Shown in pieces: positions 41,554 through 55,300 of a stretch of DNA of 64,000 nt. Origin of the DNA: Eledone cirrhosa. Its lineage: Eukaryota. A model generated the notes under the pieces. That model ran no database searches and was not told where the DNA came from. It saw nothing but the letters and a program-made list of their open reading frames with translations. The stretch is taken from positions 357,306,001 to 357,370,000 of the forward strand of contig OZ024740.1 in the NCBI GenBank assembly GCA_964016885.1, in the 5' to 3' direction. Numbering within the stretch: the first letter of the stretch is position 1; every line of letters starts with the position of its first letter. Both the position numbers and the translations under genes were made by a program.

Positions 41554-43599
41554 TACTTGTTTACTAATATTTCAAAAATATAATTTAGTGATATCACTTT
41601 TTATATTTTCTTGATAATTATGGTTAGTCAAATAAAAAAAATAGCCTTTTAAATATATATAATACCTAATAAATCAATAGTTTAAAACATAAAAATACTC
41701 TATTAAATACCAGAAGTGTGTGTGTCTATGTGTGTATGTGTGTGTGTGTGTGTGTGTGTATGTGTGTGTGTGTGTGTGTGTGAAGAAACAAGGTTTAGTG
41801 GTTAGAGTGTTCTGTTCGCAATTGTAAGGTTGTTAGCTCGATTTCAGACGTCGCGTTGTGTCCTTGAGCAAGACACTTTATTACATGTTGCCACAGTCCT
41901 TTGAATCCTCCTGGGAAATTGTGTTATGGGCACACCCGTCTGTAGAATAATTAGCCCCTTGAAAGTTATTTTCACTAGCAGGATGTTTCCGTCGTTAATC
42001 GTATCAACTGGAACATTCGCCGTCGGACAATTCTGAGCTTTATGAGAATAAAAACGACTGAATCTGATCCATAGCTCATCTCTTTCTCGACTTTGTTCAA
42101 CGCTTTTATTCCAACGCTAGAACATTTTGGTTTCGTTCTTTCAAAAGAACCATATCATGATCAAGTGTCTTTGTGACACGAGATGGTCAGTATATGTCAA
42201 TGGTGTCACTACTCTTCAGGAAGGCTTCGAGGAAATCTAAACTAGATTAGATGCCATTGCATTTGGCAGTGAAGAACGCAACGCAAGAAGCGAGACTAAA
42301 AGAGAATTCAAGGTAGAAACATACCCCTCTAGTCTGGACTCTGTTAACTCTCACCTGACAAACCACGCAGAAGCCAGCGAAAATAATGATAACCAGTTTT
42401 CTTTCTCCAATCAGTTAAAAACAGTCGACTGCGATAACCCGAGCCAACAGTTTGAAAAATTTCTCATGGTTATCATAAACATATATATTTGAATGAATTA
42501 CTCAATGAATGTAAGCAATGCAAGCACTTCATTGTCTTCGATGAAAAATACAGACAGTTCCAGATACATACGACGAAATTATATCAGATAAAATGAAATT
42601 TTTATGTCCCAGTATTGAAATTGTACTCCAAATATATATGTGCATGGCGCAGTGGTGACCGATTTTACCAGGTAGCGTTAATTTTCTAGGTTGAAATTTA
42701 CAAAAACCACCTTCGCAAAACAATGGGACAGCCGAGGTTAAATCTGTTTTTCGTAGTATGCATTAAAAACGGTATCCTAAAAAATAGACTTTCATTCAAT
42801 TTTAAAGCGAGGATTTCTTATAGCGAGCTATCTTTGATTTCATGTACTTCTCTTTGGTTTATATATATTGCTGTAAAGCGTCGAATTGGCAAAGTCATTA
42901 GGGAGTCGGATTTAAAATGTCTCGTTATTTGTTCCAGCTCTCTGAACTCTGAATTCAAATACCTCCGCGATGAACTTTACTTTCATCCTTTCGTGATCGA
43001 TAAAGTACCAGTCCATTACTGAGGCTGGTTCTTTTTCTCTCTCTTTCGACGGAAGAAATTGGTTGTGTTCTGATCTGGAGTGGAATAGGGGTTCCGCCAG
43101 TTTTATAACACCCACGATACGCCATGTGTCAGGGGCTCCTACGACTTCATCGAGAGTTAAGGACATTTCGTAGAATCTCTCTCTCTCTCTCCAGTTTTTT
43201 CCTTGCGTTATTGATTTTCTTAAAGATTTAAAGATCTATCTTTTTACCTTCCATCGTTTTCTATATATTTTTGGCAGAATCATTAGAAAGTCATACTCTG
43301 TAGTGTTTGTTCTGGTTTTTTTTACATTCTGAGTTCAAATCATGCCTGTTAATTGTCCCTTTAATCCTTATGGGGTCAATAAAATAAAATACCAGTCAAG
43401 AACTTGATCGATTTAATCGATTACTACCTCGAAACAAACGTATGTCTCTTTAAATCACTTCCCAATTTTTCTTCCCTCTTTATCATCAACCTAATCATCG
43501 TAGTCGCCATTGTTAGTGTCAACATCATTAACCTTCTTCTCCTCCTCCTACTCCTTCCCCTTCTCGCCGTCCACTCTTACTCATCCTCATACTTATCAT

Positions 43600-43637
43600 A
43601 ATCCTTATCATCATTATGCTCCTCCTCCTCCTCCTCC

Positions 43638-43673
<36 letters not shown>

Positions 43674-43830
43674 ACATCATCATCATGAATCATCCCTCTC
43701 TTCCTCCTCATCATCATAGTCATCATCGTCTTCATCATCATCATCCCCGCCTCTACCTCCTCATCAGTCGTCATCCTCGTCATCATCATCATCATCATAA
43801 TTCTCAGCATCATCGTTATCATCCATCTCC
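43600..43830. repeat. (TCC)n/(TCA)n low-complexity tract
   Basis: Directly visible, just left of the satellite. Confidence 0.9.
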
Positions 43831-43959
43831 TCTCATCCCCACCATCCTCCCTTCCTCTTCTTTCTCATCATCAACATATTCTCTACTTCTCCCTCTTATG
43901 CCCCACCCTCCTTCACTAACTCATCTTTATATCCACTTCAATTCTTTTTCTCCTCTGTT

Positions 43960-46900
43960 ACTGTTGTTGTTGTAACAACTACTGTTGTTGTAACTACTGT
44001 TGTTGTAACTACTGTTATTGTAACTACAGATGTTGTGACTACTGTTGTTGTGACTACTGTTGTTGTAACTACTGTTATTGTAACTACAGATGTTGTGACT
44101 ACTGTTGTTGTGACTACTGTTGTTGTAACTACTGTTGTAACTACTGTTGTTGTAACTACTGTTGTTGTGACTACTGTTGTTGTAACTACTGTTATTGTAA
44201 CTACAGATGTTGTGACTACTGTTGTTGTAACTACTGTTGTTGTAACTACTGTTGTTGTAACTACTGTTGTTGTAAGTACTGTTGTTGTAACTACTGTTGT
44301 TGTAACTACTGTTGTTGTAACTACTGTTGTTGTAACTACTGTTATTGTAACTACAGATGTTGTGACTACTGTTGTTGTGACTACTGTTGTTGTAACTACT
44401 GTTGTAACTACTGTTGTTGTAACTACTGTTGTTGTGACTACTGTTGTTGTAACTACTGTTATTGTAACTACAGATGTTGTGACTACTGTTGTTGTGACTA
44501 CTGTTGTTGTAACTACTGTTGTTGTAACTACTGTTGTTGTAACTACTGTTGTTGTGACTACTGTTGTTGTAACTACTGTTGTTGTGACTACTGTTGTTGT
44601 AACTACTGTTGTTGTAACTACTGTTGTTGTGACTACTGTTGTTGTAACTACTGTTGTTGTGACTACTGTTGTTGTAACTACTGTTGTTGTAAGTACTGTT
44701 GTTGTGACTACTGTTGTTGTAACTACTGTTGTTGTAAGTACTGTTGTTGTGACTACTGTTGTTGTAACTACTGTTGTTGTGACTACTGTTGTTGTGACTA
44801 CTGTTGTTGTAACTACTGTTGTTGTGACTACTGTTGTTGTAACTACTGTTGTTGTAACTACTGTTGTTGTAACTACTGTTGTTGTGACTACTGTTGTTGT
44901 AACTACTGTTGTTGTAACTACTGTTGTTGTAACTACTGTTGTTGTAACTACTGTTGTTGTGACTACTGTTGTTGTAACTGCTGTTGTTGTGACTACTGTT
45001 GGTGTAACTACTGTTGTTGTAACTACTGTTGTTGTGACTACTGTTGTTGTAACTACTGTTGTTGTAACTACTGTTGTTGTAACTACTGTTGTTGTGACTA
45101 CTGTTGTTGTAACTACTGTTGTTGTAAGTACTGTTGTTGTGACTACTGTTGTTGTAACTACTGTTGTTGTAACTACTGTTGTTGTGACTAATGTTGTTGT
45201 GACTACTGTTGTTGTAACTACTGTTGTTGTAACTACTGTTGTTGTAACTACTGTTGTTGTAACTACTGTTGTTGTAACTACTGTTGTTGTAAGTACTGTT
45301 GTTGTGACTACTGTTGTTGTAACTACTGTTGTTGTGACTACTGTTGTTGTAACTACTGTTGTTGTAACTACTGTTGTTGTGACTACTGTTGTTGTAACTA
45401 CTGTTGTTGTGACTACTGTTGTTGTAACTACTGTTGTTGTAACTACTGTTGTTGTAACTACTGTTGTTGTAAGTACTGTTGTTGTGACTACTGTTGTTGT
45501 AACTACTGTTGTTGTAACTACTGTTGTTGTAACTACTGTTGTTGTAACTACTGTTGTTGTGACTACTGTTGTTGTAACTGCTGTTGTTGTGACTACTGTT
45601 GTTGTAACTACTGTTGTTGTAACTACTGTTGTTGTGACTAATGTTGTTGTGACTACTGTTGTTGTAACTACTGTTGTTGTAACTACTGTTGTTGTGACTA
45701 CTGTTGTTGTAACTACTGTTGTTGTAACTACTGTTGTTGTAACTACTGTTGTTGTAACTACTGTTGTTGTAACTACTGTTGTTGTAACTACTGTTGTTGT
45801 GACTACTGTTGTTGTAACTGCTGTTGTTGTAACTACTGTTGTTGTAACTACTGTTGTTGTAACTACTGTTGTTGTGACTACTGTTGTTGTGAATACTGTT
45901 GTTGTAACTACTGTTGTTGTAACTACTGTTGTTGTAACTACTGTTGTTGTGACTACTGTTGTTGTAACTACTGTTGTTGTGACTACTGTTGTTGTAACTA
46001 CTGTTGTTGTAACTACTGTTGTTGTAACTACTGTTGTTGTGACTACTGTTGTTGTTGTTGTTGTTGTTGTTGTTGTAACTACTGTTGTTGTAACAACTGT
46101 TATTGTGACTACTGTTGTTGTAACTACTGTTGTTGTGACTACTGTTGTTGTGACTACTGTTGTTGCGACTACTGTTGTTGTAACTACTGTTGTTGTAACT
46201 ACTGTTGTTGTAACTACTGTTGTTGTGACTACTGTTGTTGTTGTTGTTGTTGTTGTTGTTGTAACTACTGTTGTTGTAACAACTGTTATTGTGACTACTG
46301 TTGTTGTAACTACTGTTGTTGTAACTACTGTTGTTGTGACTACTGTTGTTGCGACTACTGTTGTTGTAACTACTGTTGTTGTAACTACTGTTGTTGTAAC
46401 TACTGTTGTTGTAACTACTGATGTTGTAACTACTGTTGTTGTAACTACTGTTGTTGTAACTACTGTTGTTGTAACTACTGTTGTTGTAACTACTGTTGTT
46501 GTAACTACTGTTGTTGTAACTACTGTTGTTGTAACTACTGTTGTAACTACTGTTGTTGTAACTACTGTTTTTGTAACTACTGTTGTTGTAACTACTGTTG
46601 TTGTAACTACTGTTGTTGTAACTACTGTTGTTGTAACTACTGTTGTTGTAACTACTGATGTTGTAACTACTGTTGTAACTACTGTTGTTGTAACTACTGT
46701 TGTTGTAAATACTGTTGTTGTAACTACTGTTGTTGTGACTACTGTTGTTGTAACTACTGTTGTTGTAACTACTGTTGTTGTGACTACTGTTGTTGTGACT
46801 ACTGTTGTGGTAACTACTGTTGTTGTAACTACTGTTGTTGTAACTATTGATGTTGTAACTACTGTTGTTGTAACTACTGTTGTTGTAACTACTGTTGTTG

Positions 46901-49826
46901 TAACTACTGTTGTAACTACTGTTGTTGTAACTACTGTTTTTGTAACTACTGTTGTTGTAACTACTGTTGTTGTAACTACTGTTGTTGTAACTACTGTTGT
47001 TGTAACTACTGTTGTTGTAACTACTGATGTTGTAACTACTGTTGTAACTACTGTTGTTGTAACTACTGTTGTTGTAAATACTGTTGTTGTAACTACTGTT
47101 GTTGTGACTACTGTTGTTGTAACTACTGTTGTTGTAACTACTGTTGTTGTGACTACTGTTGTTGTGACTACTGTTGTGGTAACTACTGTTGTTGTAACTA
47201 CTGTTGTTGTAACTATTGATGTTGTAACTACTGTTGTTGTAACTACTGTTGTTGTAACTACTGTTGTTGTAAGTACTGTTGTTGTGACTACTGTTGTTGT
47301 AACTACTGTTGTTGTAACTACTGTTGTTGTGACTAATGTTGTTGTGACTACTGTTGTTGTAACTACTGTTGTTGTAACTACTGTTGTTGTAACTACTGAT
47401 GTTGTGACTAATGTTGTTGTGACTACTGTTGTTGTAACTACTGTTGTTGTAACTACTGTTGTTGTGACTACTGTTGTTGTAACTACTGTTGTTGTAACTA
47501 CTGTTGTTGTAACTACTGTTGTTGTAACTACTGTTGTTGTAACTACTGTTGTTGTAACTACTGTTGTTGTAACTACTGTTGTTGTAACTACTGTTGTTGT
47601 AACTACTGTTGTTGTAACTACTGTTGTTGTAACTACTGTTGTTGTAACTACTGTTGTTGTGACTAATGTTGTTGTGACTACTGTTGTTGTAACTACTGTT
47701 GTTGTAACTACTGTTGTTGTAACTATTGATGTTGTAACTACTGTTGTTGTAACTACTGTTGTTGTAACTACTGTTGTTGTAACTACTGTTGTAACTACTG
47801 TTGTTGTAACTACTGTTTTTGTAACTACTGTTGTTGTAACTACTGTTGTTGTAACTACTGTTGTTGTAACTACTGTTGTTGTAACTACTGTTGTTGTAAC
47901 TACTGATGTTGTAACTACTGTTGTAACTACTGTTGTTGTAACTACTGTTGTTGTAAATACTGTTGTTGTAACTACTGTTGTTGTGACTACTGTTGTTGTA
48001 ACTACTGTTGTTGTAACTACTGTTGTTGTGACTACTGTTGTTGTGACTACTGTTGTGGTAACTACTGTTGTTGTAACTACTGTTGTTGTAACTATTGATG
48101 TTGTAACTACTGTTGTTGTAACTACTGTTGTTGTAACTACTGTTGTTGTAAGTACTGTTGTTGTGACTACTGTTGTTGTAACTACTGTTGTTGTAACTAC
48201 TGTTGTTGTGACTAATGTTGTTGTGACTACTGTTGTTGTAACTACTGTTGTTGTAACTACTGTTGTTGTAACTACTGTTGTTGTAACTACTGTTGTTGTA
48301 ACTACTGTTGTTGTAAGTACTGTTGTTGTGACTACTGTTGTTGTAACTACTGTTGTTGTGACTACTGTTGTTGTAACTACTGTTGTTGTAAGTACTGTTG
48401 TTGTGACTACTGTTGTTGTAACTACTGTTGTTGTGACTACTGTTGTTGTAACTACTGTTGTTGTAACTACTGTTGTTGTAACTACTGTTGTTGTAAGTAC
48501 TGTTGTTATGACTACTGTTGTTGTAACTACTGTTGTTGTAACTACTGTTGTTGTAACTACTGTTGTTGTAACTACTGTTGTTGTGACTACTGTTGTTGTA
48601 ACTGCTGTTGTTGTGACTACTGTTGTTGTAACTACTGTTGTTGTAACTACTGTTGTTGTGACTAATGTTGTTGTGACTACTGTTGTTGTAACTACTGTTG
48701 TTGTAACTACTGTTGTTGTGACTACTGTTGTTGTAACTACTGTTGTTGTAACTACTGTTGTTGTAACTACTGTTGTTGTAACTACTGTTGTTGTAACTAC
48801 TGATGTTGTAACTACTGATGTTGTAACTACTGTTGTTGTAACTACTGTTGTTGTAACTACTGTTGTTGTAACTACTGTTGTTGTAACTACTGTTGTTGTA
48901 ACTACTGTTGTTGTAACTACTGTTGTAACTACTGTTGTTGTAACTACTGTTGTTGTAACTACTGTTGTTGTAACTACTGATGTTGTAACTACTGTTGTAA
49001 CTACTGTTGTTGTAACTACTGTTGTTGTAAATACTGTTGTTGTAACTACTGTTGTTGTGACTACTGTTGTTGTAACTACTGTTGTTGTAACTACTGTTGT
49101 TGTGACTACTGTTGTTGTGACTACTGTTGTGGTAACTACTGTTGTTGTAACTACTGTAGTTGTAACTATTGATGTTGTAACTACTGTTGTTGTAACTACT
49201 GTTGTTGTAACTACTGTTGTTGTAACTACTGTTGTAACTACTGTTGTTGTAACTACTGTTGTTGTAACTACTGTTGTTGTAACTACTGTTGTTGTAACTA
49301 TTGATGTTGTAACTACTGTTGTTGTGACTACTGTTGTTGTAACTACTGTTGTTGTGACTACTGTTGTTGTAACTGCTGTTGTTGTGAATACTGTTGTTGT
49401 AACTACTGTTGATGTAACTACTGTTGTTGTAACTACTGTTGTTGTAACTACTGTTGTTGTAACTACTGTTGTTGTGACTACTGTTGTTGTAACTACTGTT
49501 GTTGTAACTACTGTTGTTGTAACTACTGTTGTTGTAACTACTGTTGTTGTAACTACTGTTGTTGTAACTACTGTTGTTGTGACTACTGTTGTTGTAACTG
49601 CTGTTGTTGTAACTACTGTTGTTGTAACTACTGTTGTTGTAACTACTGTTGTTGTGACTACTGTTGTTGTGACTACTGTTGTTGTAACTACTGTTGTTGT
49701 AACTACTGTTGTTGTAACTACTGTTGTTGTGACTACTGTTGTTGTAACTACTGTTGTTGTGACTACTGTTGTTGTAACTACTGTTGTTGTAACTACTGTT
49801 GTTGTAACTACTGTTGTTGTGACTAC

Positions 49827-49871
<45 letters not shown>

Positions 49872-52338
49872 AACTACTGTTGTTGTAACAACTGTTATTG
49901 TGACTACTGTTGTTGTAACTACTGTTGTTGTGACTACTGTTGTTGTAACTACTGTTGTTGTAACTACTGTTGTTGTAACTACTGTTGTTGTAACTACTGT
50001 TGTTGTAACTACTGTTGTTGTAACTACTGTTGTTGTAACTACTGTTGTTGTGACTACTGTTGTTGTGACTACTGTTGTTGTAACTACTGTTGTTGTAACT
50101 ACTGTTGTTGTAACTACTGTTGTTGTAACTACTGTTGTTGTAACTACTGTTGTTGTGACTACTGTTGTTGTAACTACTGTTGTTGTAACTACTGTTGTCG
50201 TAACTACTGATGTTGTAACTACTGTTGTAACTACTGTTGTTGTAACTACTGTTGTTGTAACTACTGTTGTTGTAACTACTGTTGTTGTAACTACTGTTGT
50301 TGTAACTACTGTTGTTGTAACTACTGTTGTTGTAACTACTGTTGTTGTAACTACTGTTGTTGTAACTACTGTTGTTGTGACTACTGTTGTTGTAACTACT
50401 GTTGTTGTAACTACTGTTGTTGTGACTACTGTTGTTGTGACTACTGTTGTGGTAACTACTGTTGTTGTAACTACTATTGTTGTAACTACTGTTGTTGTAA
50501 CTACTGTTGTTGTAACTACTGTTGTTGTAACTACTGTTGTTGTGACTACTGTTGTTGTAACTACTGTTGTTGTGACTACTGTTGTTGTAACTACTGTTGT
50601 TGTAACTACTGTTGTAACTACTGTTGTTGTGACTACTGTTGTTGTAACTACTGTTGTTGTAACTACTGTTGTTGTGACTACTGTTGTTGTAACTACTGTT
50701 GTTGTGACTACTGTTGTTGTAACTACTGTTGTTGTAACTACTGTTGTTGTAACTACTGTTGTTGTGACTACTGTTGTTGTAACTACTGTTGTTGTAACTA
50801 CTGTTGTTGTAACTACTGTTGTTGTAACTACTGTTGTTGTAAATACTGTTGTTGTAACTATTGTTGTTGTAACTACTGTTGTTGTAACTACTGTTGTTGT
50901 AACTACTGTTGTTGTAAATACTGTTGTTGTAACTACTGTTGTTGTAACTACTGTTGTTGTAACTACTGATGTTGTAACTACTGTTGTTGTAACTACTGTT
51001 GTTGTGACTACTGTTGTTGTAACTACTGTTGTTGTGACTACTGTTGTTGTAACTACTGTTGTTGTAACTACTGTTGTAACTACTGTTGTTGTAACTACTG
51101 TTGTTGTAACTACTGTTGTTGTAACTACTGTTGTTGTAACTACTGTTGTTGTAACTACTGTTGTTGTAACTACTGTTGTTGTAAATACTGTTGTTGTAAC
51201 TACTGTTGTTGTAACTACTGTTGTTGTAACTACTGATGTTGTAACTACTGTTGTAACTATAGTTGTCGTAACTACTGTTGTTGTAACTACTGTTGTTGTA
51301 ACTACTGATGTTGTAACTACTGATGTTGTAACTACTGTTGTTGTAACTACTGTTGTTGTAACTACTGTTGTTGTAACTACTGTTGTAACTACTGTTGTTG
51401 TAACTACTGTTGTTGTAACTACTGTTGTTGTAACTACTGTTGTTGTGACTACTGTTGTAACTGCTGTTGTTGTAACTACTGTTGTTGTAACTACTGTTGT
51501 AACTACTGTTGTTGTAACTACTGTTGTTGTAACTACTGTTAGTTGTAACTACTGTTGTTGTGACTACTGTTGTTGTAACTACTGTTGTTGTAACTACTGT
51601 TGTTGTAACTACTGTTGTTGTGACTACTGTTATTGTAACTACTGTTGTTGTAAGTACTGTTGTAACTACTGTTGTTGTAACTACTGTTGTTGTAACTACT
51701 GTTGTTGTGACTACTGTTGTTGTAACTACTGTTGTTGTAACTACTGTTGTAACTACTGTTGTTGTAACTAATGTTGTTGTAACTACTGTTGTTGTAACTA
51801 CTGTTGTTGTAACTATTGATGTTGTAACTACTGTTGTTGTGACTACTGTTGTTGTAACTACTGTTGTTGTGACTACTGTTGTTGTAACTGCTGTTGTTGT
51901 GAATACTGTTGTTGTAACTACTGTTGTTGTAACTACTGTTGTTGTAACTACTGTTGTTGTAACTACTGTTGTTGTAACTACTGTTGTGACTACTGTTGTT
52001 GTAACTACTGTTGTTGTAACTACTGTTGTTGTAACTACTGTTGTTGTAACTACTGTTGTTGTAACTACTGTTGTTGTAACTACTGTTGTTGTGACTACTG
52101 TTGTTGTAACTGCTGTTGTTGTAACTACTGTTGTTGTAACTACTGTTGTTGTAACTACTGTTGTTGTGACTACTGTTGTTGTGACTACTGTTGTTGTAAC
52201 TACTGTTGTTGTAACTACTGTTGTTGTAACTACTGTTGTCGTGACTACTGTTGTTGTAACTACTGTTGTTGTGACTACTGTTGTTGTAACTACTGTTGTT
52301 GTAACTACTGTTGTTGTAACTACTGTTGTTGTGACTAC

Positions 52339-52377
<39 letters not shown>

Positions 52378-55300
52378 AACTACTGTTGTTGTAACAACTG
52401 TTATTGTGACTACTGTTGTTGTAACTACTTTTGTTGTGACTACTGTTGTTGTAACTACTGTTGTTGTAACTACTGTTGTTGTAACTACTGTTGTTGTAAC
52501 TACTGTTGTTGTAACTACTGTTGTTGTAACTACTGTTGTTGTAGCTACTGTTGTTGTGACTACTGTTGTTGTGACTACTGTTGTTGTAACTACTGTTGTT
52601 GTAACTACTGTTGTTGTAACTACTGATGTTGTAACTACTGTTGTTGTAACTACTGTTGTTGTAACTACTGTTGTTGTAACTACTGTTGTTGTAACTACTG
52701 TTGTTGTAACTACTGTTGTTGTAACTACTGTTGTCGTAACTACTGATGTTGTAACTACTGTTGTAACTACTGTTGTTGTAACTACTGTTGTTGTAACTAC
52801 TGTTGTTGTAACTACTGTTGTTGTAACTACTGTTGTTGTAACTACTGTTGTTGTAACTACTGTTGTTGTAACTACTGTTGTTGTGACTACTGTTGTTGTA
52901 ACTACTGTTGTTGTAACTACTGTTGTTGTGACTACTGTTGTTGTGACTACTGTTGTGGTAACTACTGTTGTTGTAACTACTATTGTTGTAACTACTGTTG
53001 TTGTAACTACTGTTGTTGTAACTACTGTTGTTGTAACTACTGTTGTTGTGACTACTGTTGTTGTAACTACTGTTGTTGTGACTACTGTTGTTGTAACTAC
53101 TGTTGTTGTAACTACTGTTGTAACTACTGTTGTTGTGACTACTGTTGTTGTAACTACTGTTGTTGTAACTACTGTTGTTGTGACTACTGTTGTTGTAACT
53201 ACTGTTGTTGTGACTACTGTTGTTGTAACTACTGTTGTTGTAACTACTGTTGTTGTAACTACTGTTGTTGTGACTACTGTTGTTGTAACTACTGTTGTTG
53301 TAACTACTGTTGTTGTAACTACTGTTGTTGTAACTACTGTTGTTGTAAATACTGTTGTTGTAACTACTGTTGTTGTAACTACTGTTGTTGTAACTACTGT
53401 TGTTGTAACTACTGTTGTTGTAAATACTGTTGTTGTAACTACTGTTGTTGTAACTACTGTTGTTGTAACTACTGATGTTGTAACTACTGTTGTTGTAACT
53501 ACTGTTGTTGTGACTACTGTTGTTGTAACTACTGTTGTTGTGACTACTGTTGTTGTAACTACTGTTGTTGTAACTACTGTTGTAACTACTGTTGTTGTAA
53601 CTACTGTTGTTGTAACTACTGTTGTTGTAACTACTGTTGTTGTAACTACTGTTGTTGTAACTACTGTTGTTGTAAATACTGTTGTTGTAACTACTGTTGT
53701 TGTAACTACTGTTGTTGTAACTACTGATGTTGTAACTACTGTTGTAACTACTGTTGTTGTAACTACTGTTGTTGTAACTACTGTTGTTGTAACTACTGAT
53801 GTTGTAACTACTGATGTTGTAACTACTGTTGTTGTAACTACTGTTGTTGTAACTACTGTTGTTGTAACTACTGTTGTAACTACTGTTGTTGTAACTACTG
53901 TTGTTGTAACTACTGTTGTTGTAACTACTGTTGTTGTAACTACTGTTGTTGTAACTACTGTTGTTGTAAATACTGTTGTTGTAACTACTGTTGTTGTAAC
54001 TACTGTTGTTGTAACTACTGATGTTGTAACTACTGTTGTAACTACTGTTGTTGTAACTACTGTTGTTGTAACTACTGTTGTTGTAACTACTGATGTTGTA
54101 ACTACTGATGTTGTAACTACTGTTGTTGTAACTACTGTTGTTGTAACTACTGTTGTTGTAACTACTGTTGTAACTACTGTTGTTGTAACTACTGTTGTTG
54201 TGACTACTGTTGTAACTACTGTTGTTGTAACTACTGTTGTTGTAACTACTGTTGTAACTACTGTTGTTGTAACTACTGTTGTTGTAACTACTGTTGTTGT
54301 AACTACTGTTGTTGTGACTACTGTTGTTGTAACTACTGTTGTTGTAACTACTGTTGTTGTAACTACTGTTGTTGTGACTACTGTTGTTGTAACTACTGTT
54401 GTTGTAAGTACTGTTGTAACTACTGTTGTTGTAACTACTGTTGTTGTAACTACTGTTGTTGTGACTACTGTTGTTGTAGCTACTGTTGTTGTAACTACTG
54501 TTGTAACTACTGTTGTTGTAACTACTGTTGTTGTAACTACTGTTGTTGTGACTACTGTTGTTGTAACTACTGTTGTTGTAACTATTGTTGTTGTAACTAC
54601 TGTTGTTGTGACTACTGTTGTTGTGACTACTGTTGTTGTAACTACTGTTGTTGTGACTACTGTTGTTGTAACTACTGTTGTTGTAACTACTGTTGTTGTA
54701 ACTACTGTTGTTGTAACTACTGTTGTTGTAACTACTGTTGTTGTGACTACTGTTGTTGTGACTACTGTTGTGACTACTGTTGTTGTAACTACTGTTGTTG
54801 TAACTACTGTTGTTGTGACTACTGTTGTTGTAACTACTGTTGTTGTGACTACTGTTGTTGTAACTACTGTTGTTGTAACTACTGTTGTTGTAACTACTGT
54901 TGTTGTGACTACTGTTGTTCTAACTACTGTTCTGTGACTACTGTTGTTGTAACTACTGTTGTTGTAACTAATGTTGTTGTAACTACTGTTGTTGTAACTA
55001 CTGTTGTTGTGACTAATGTTGTTGTAACTACTGTTGTTGTAACTACTGTTGTTGTAACTACTGTTGTTGTAACTATTGTTGTTGTAACTACTGTTGTTGT
55101 AACTACTGTTGTTGTAACTACTGTTGTTGTAACTACTGTTGTTGTAACTACTGATGTTGTAACTACTGATGTTGTAACTACTGTTGTTGTAACTACTGTT
55201 GTTGTAACTACTGATGTTGTAACTACTGTTGTTGTAACTACTGTTGTTGTAACTACTGTTGTTGTAACTACTGTTGTTGTAACTACTGATGTTGTAACTA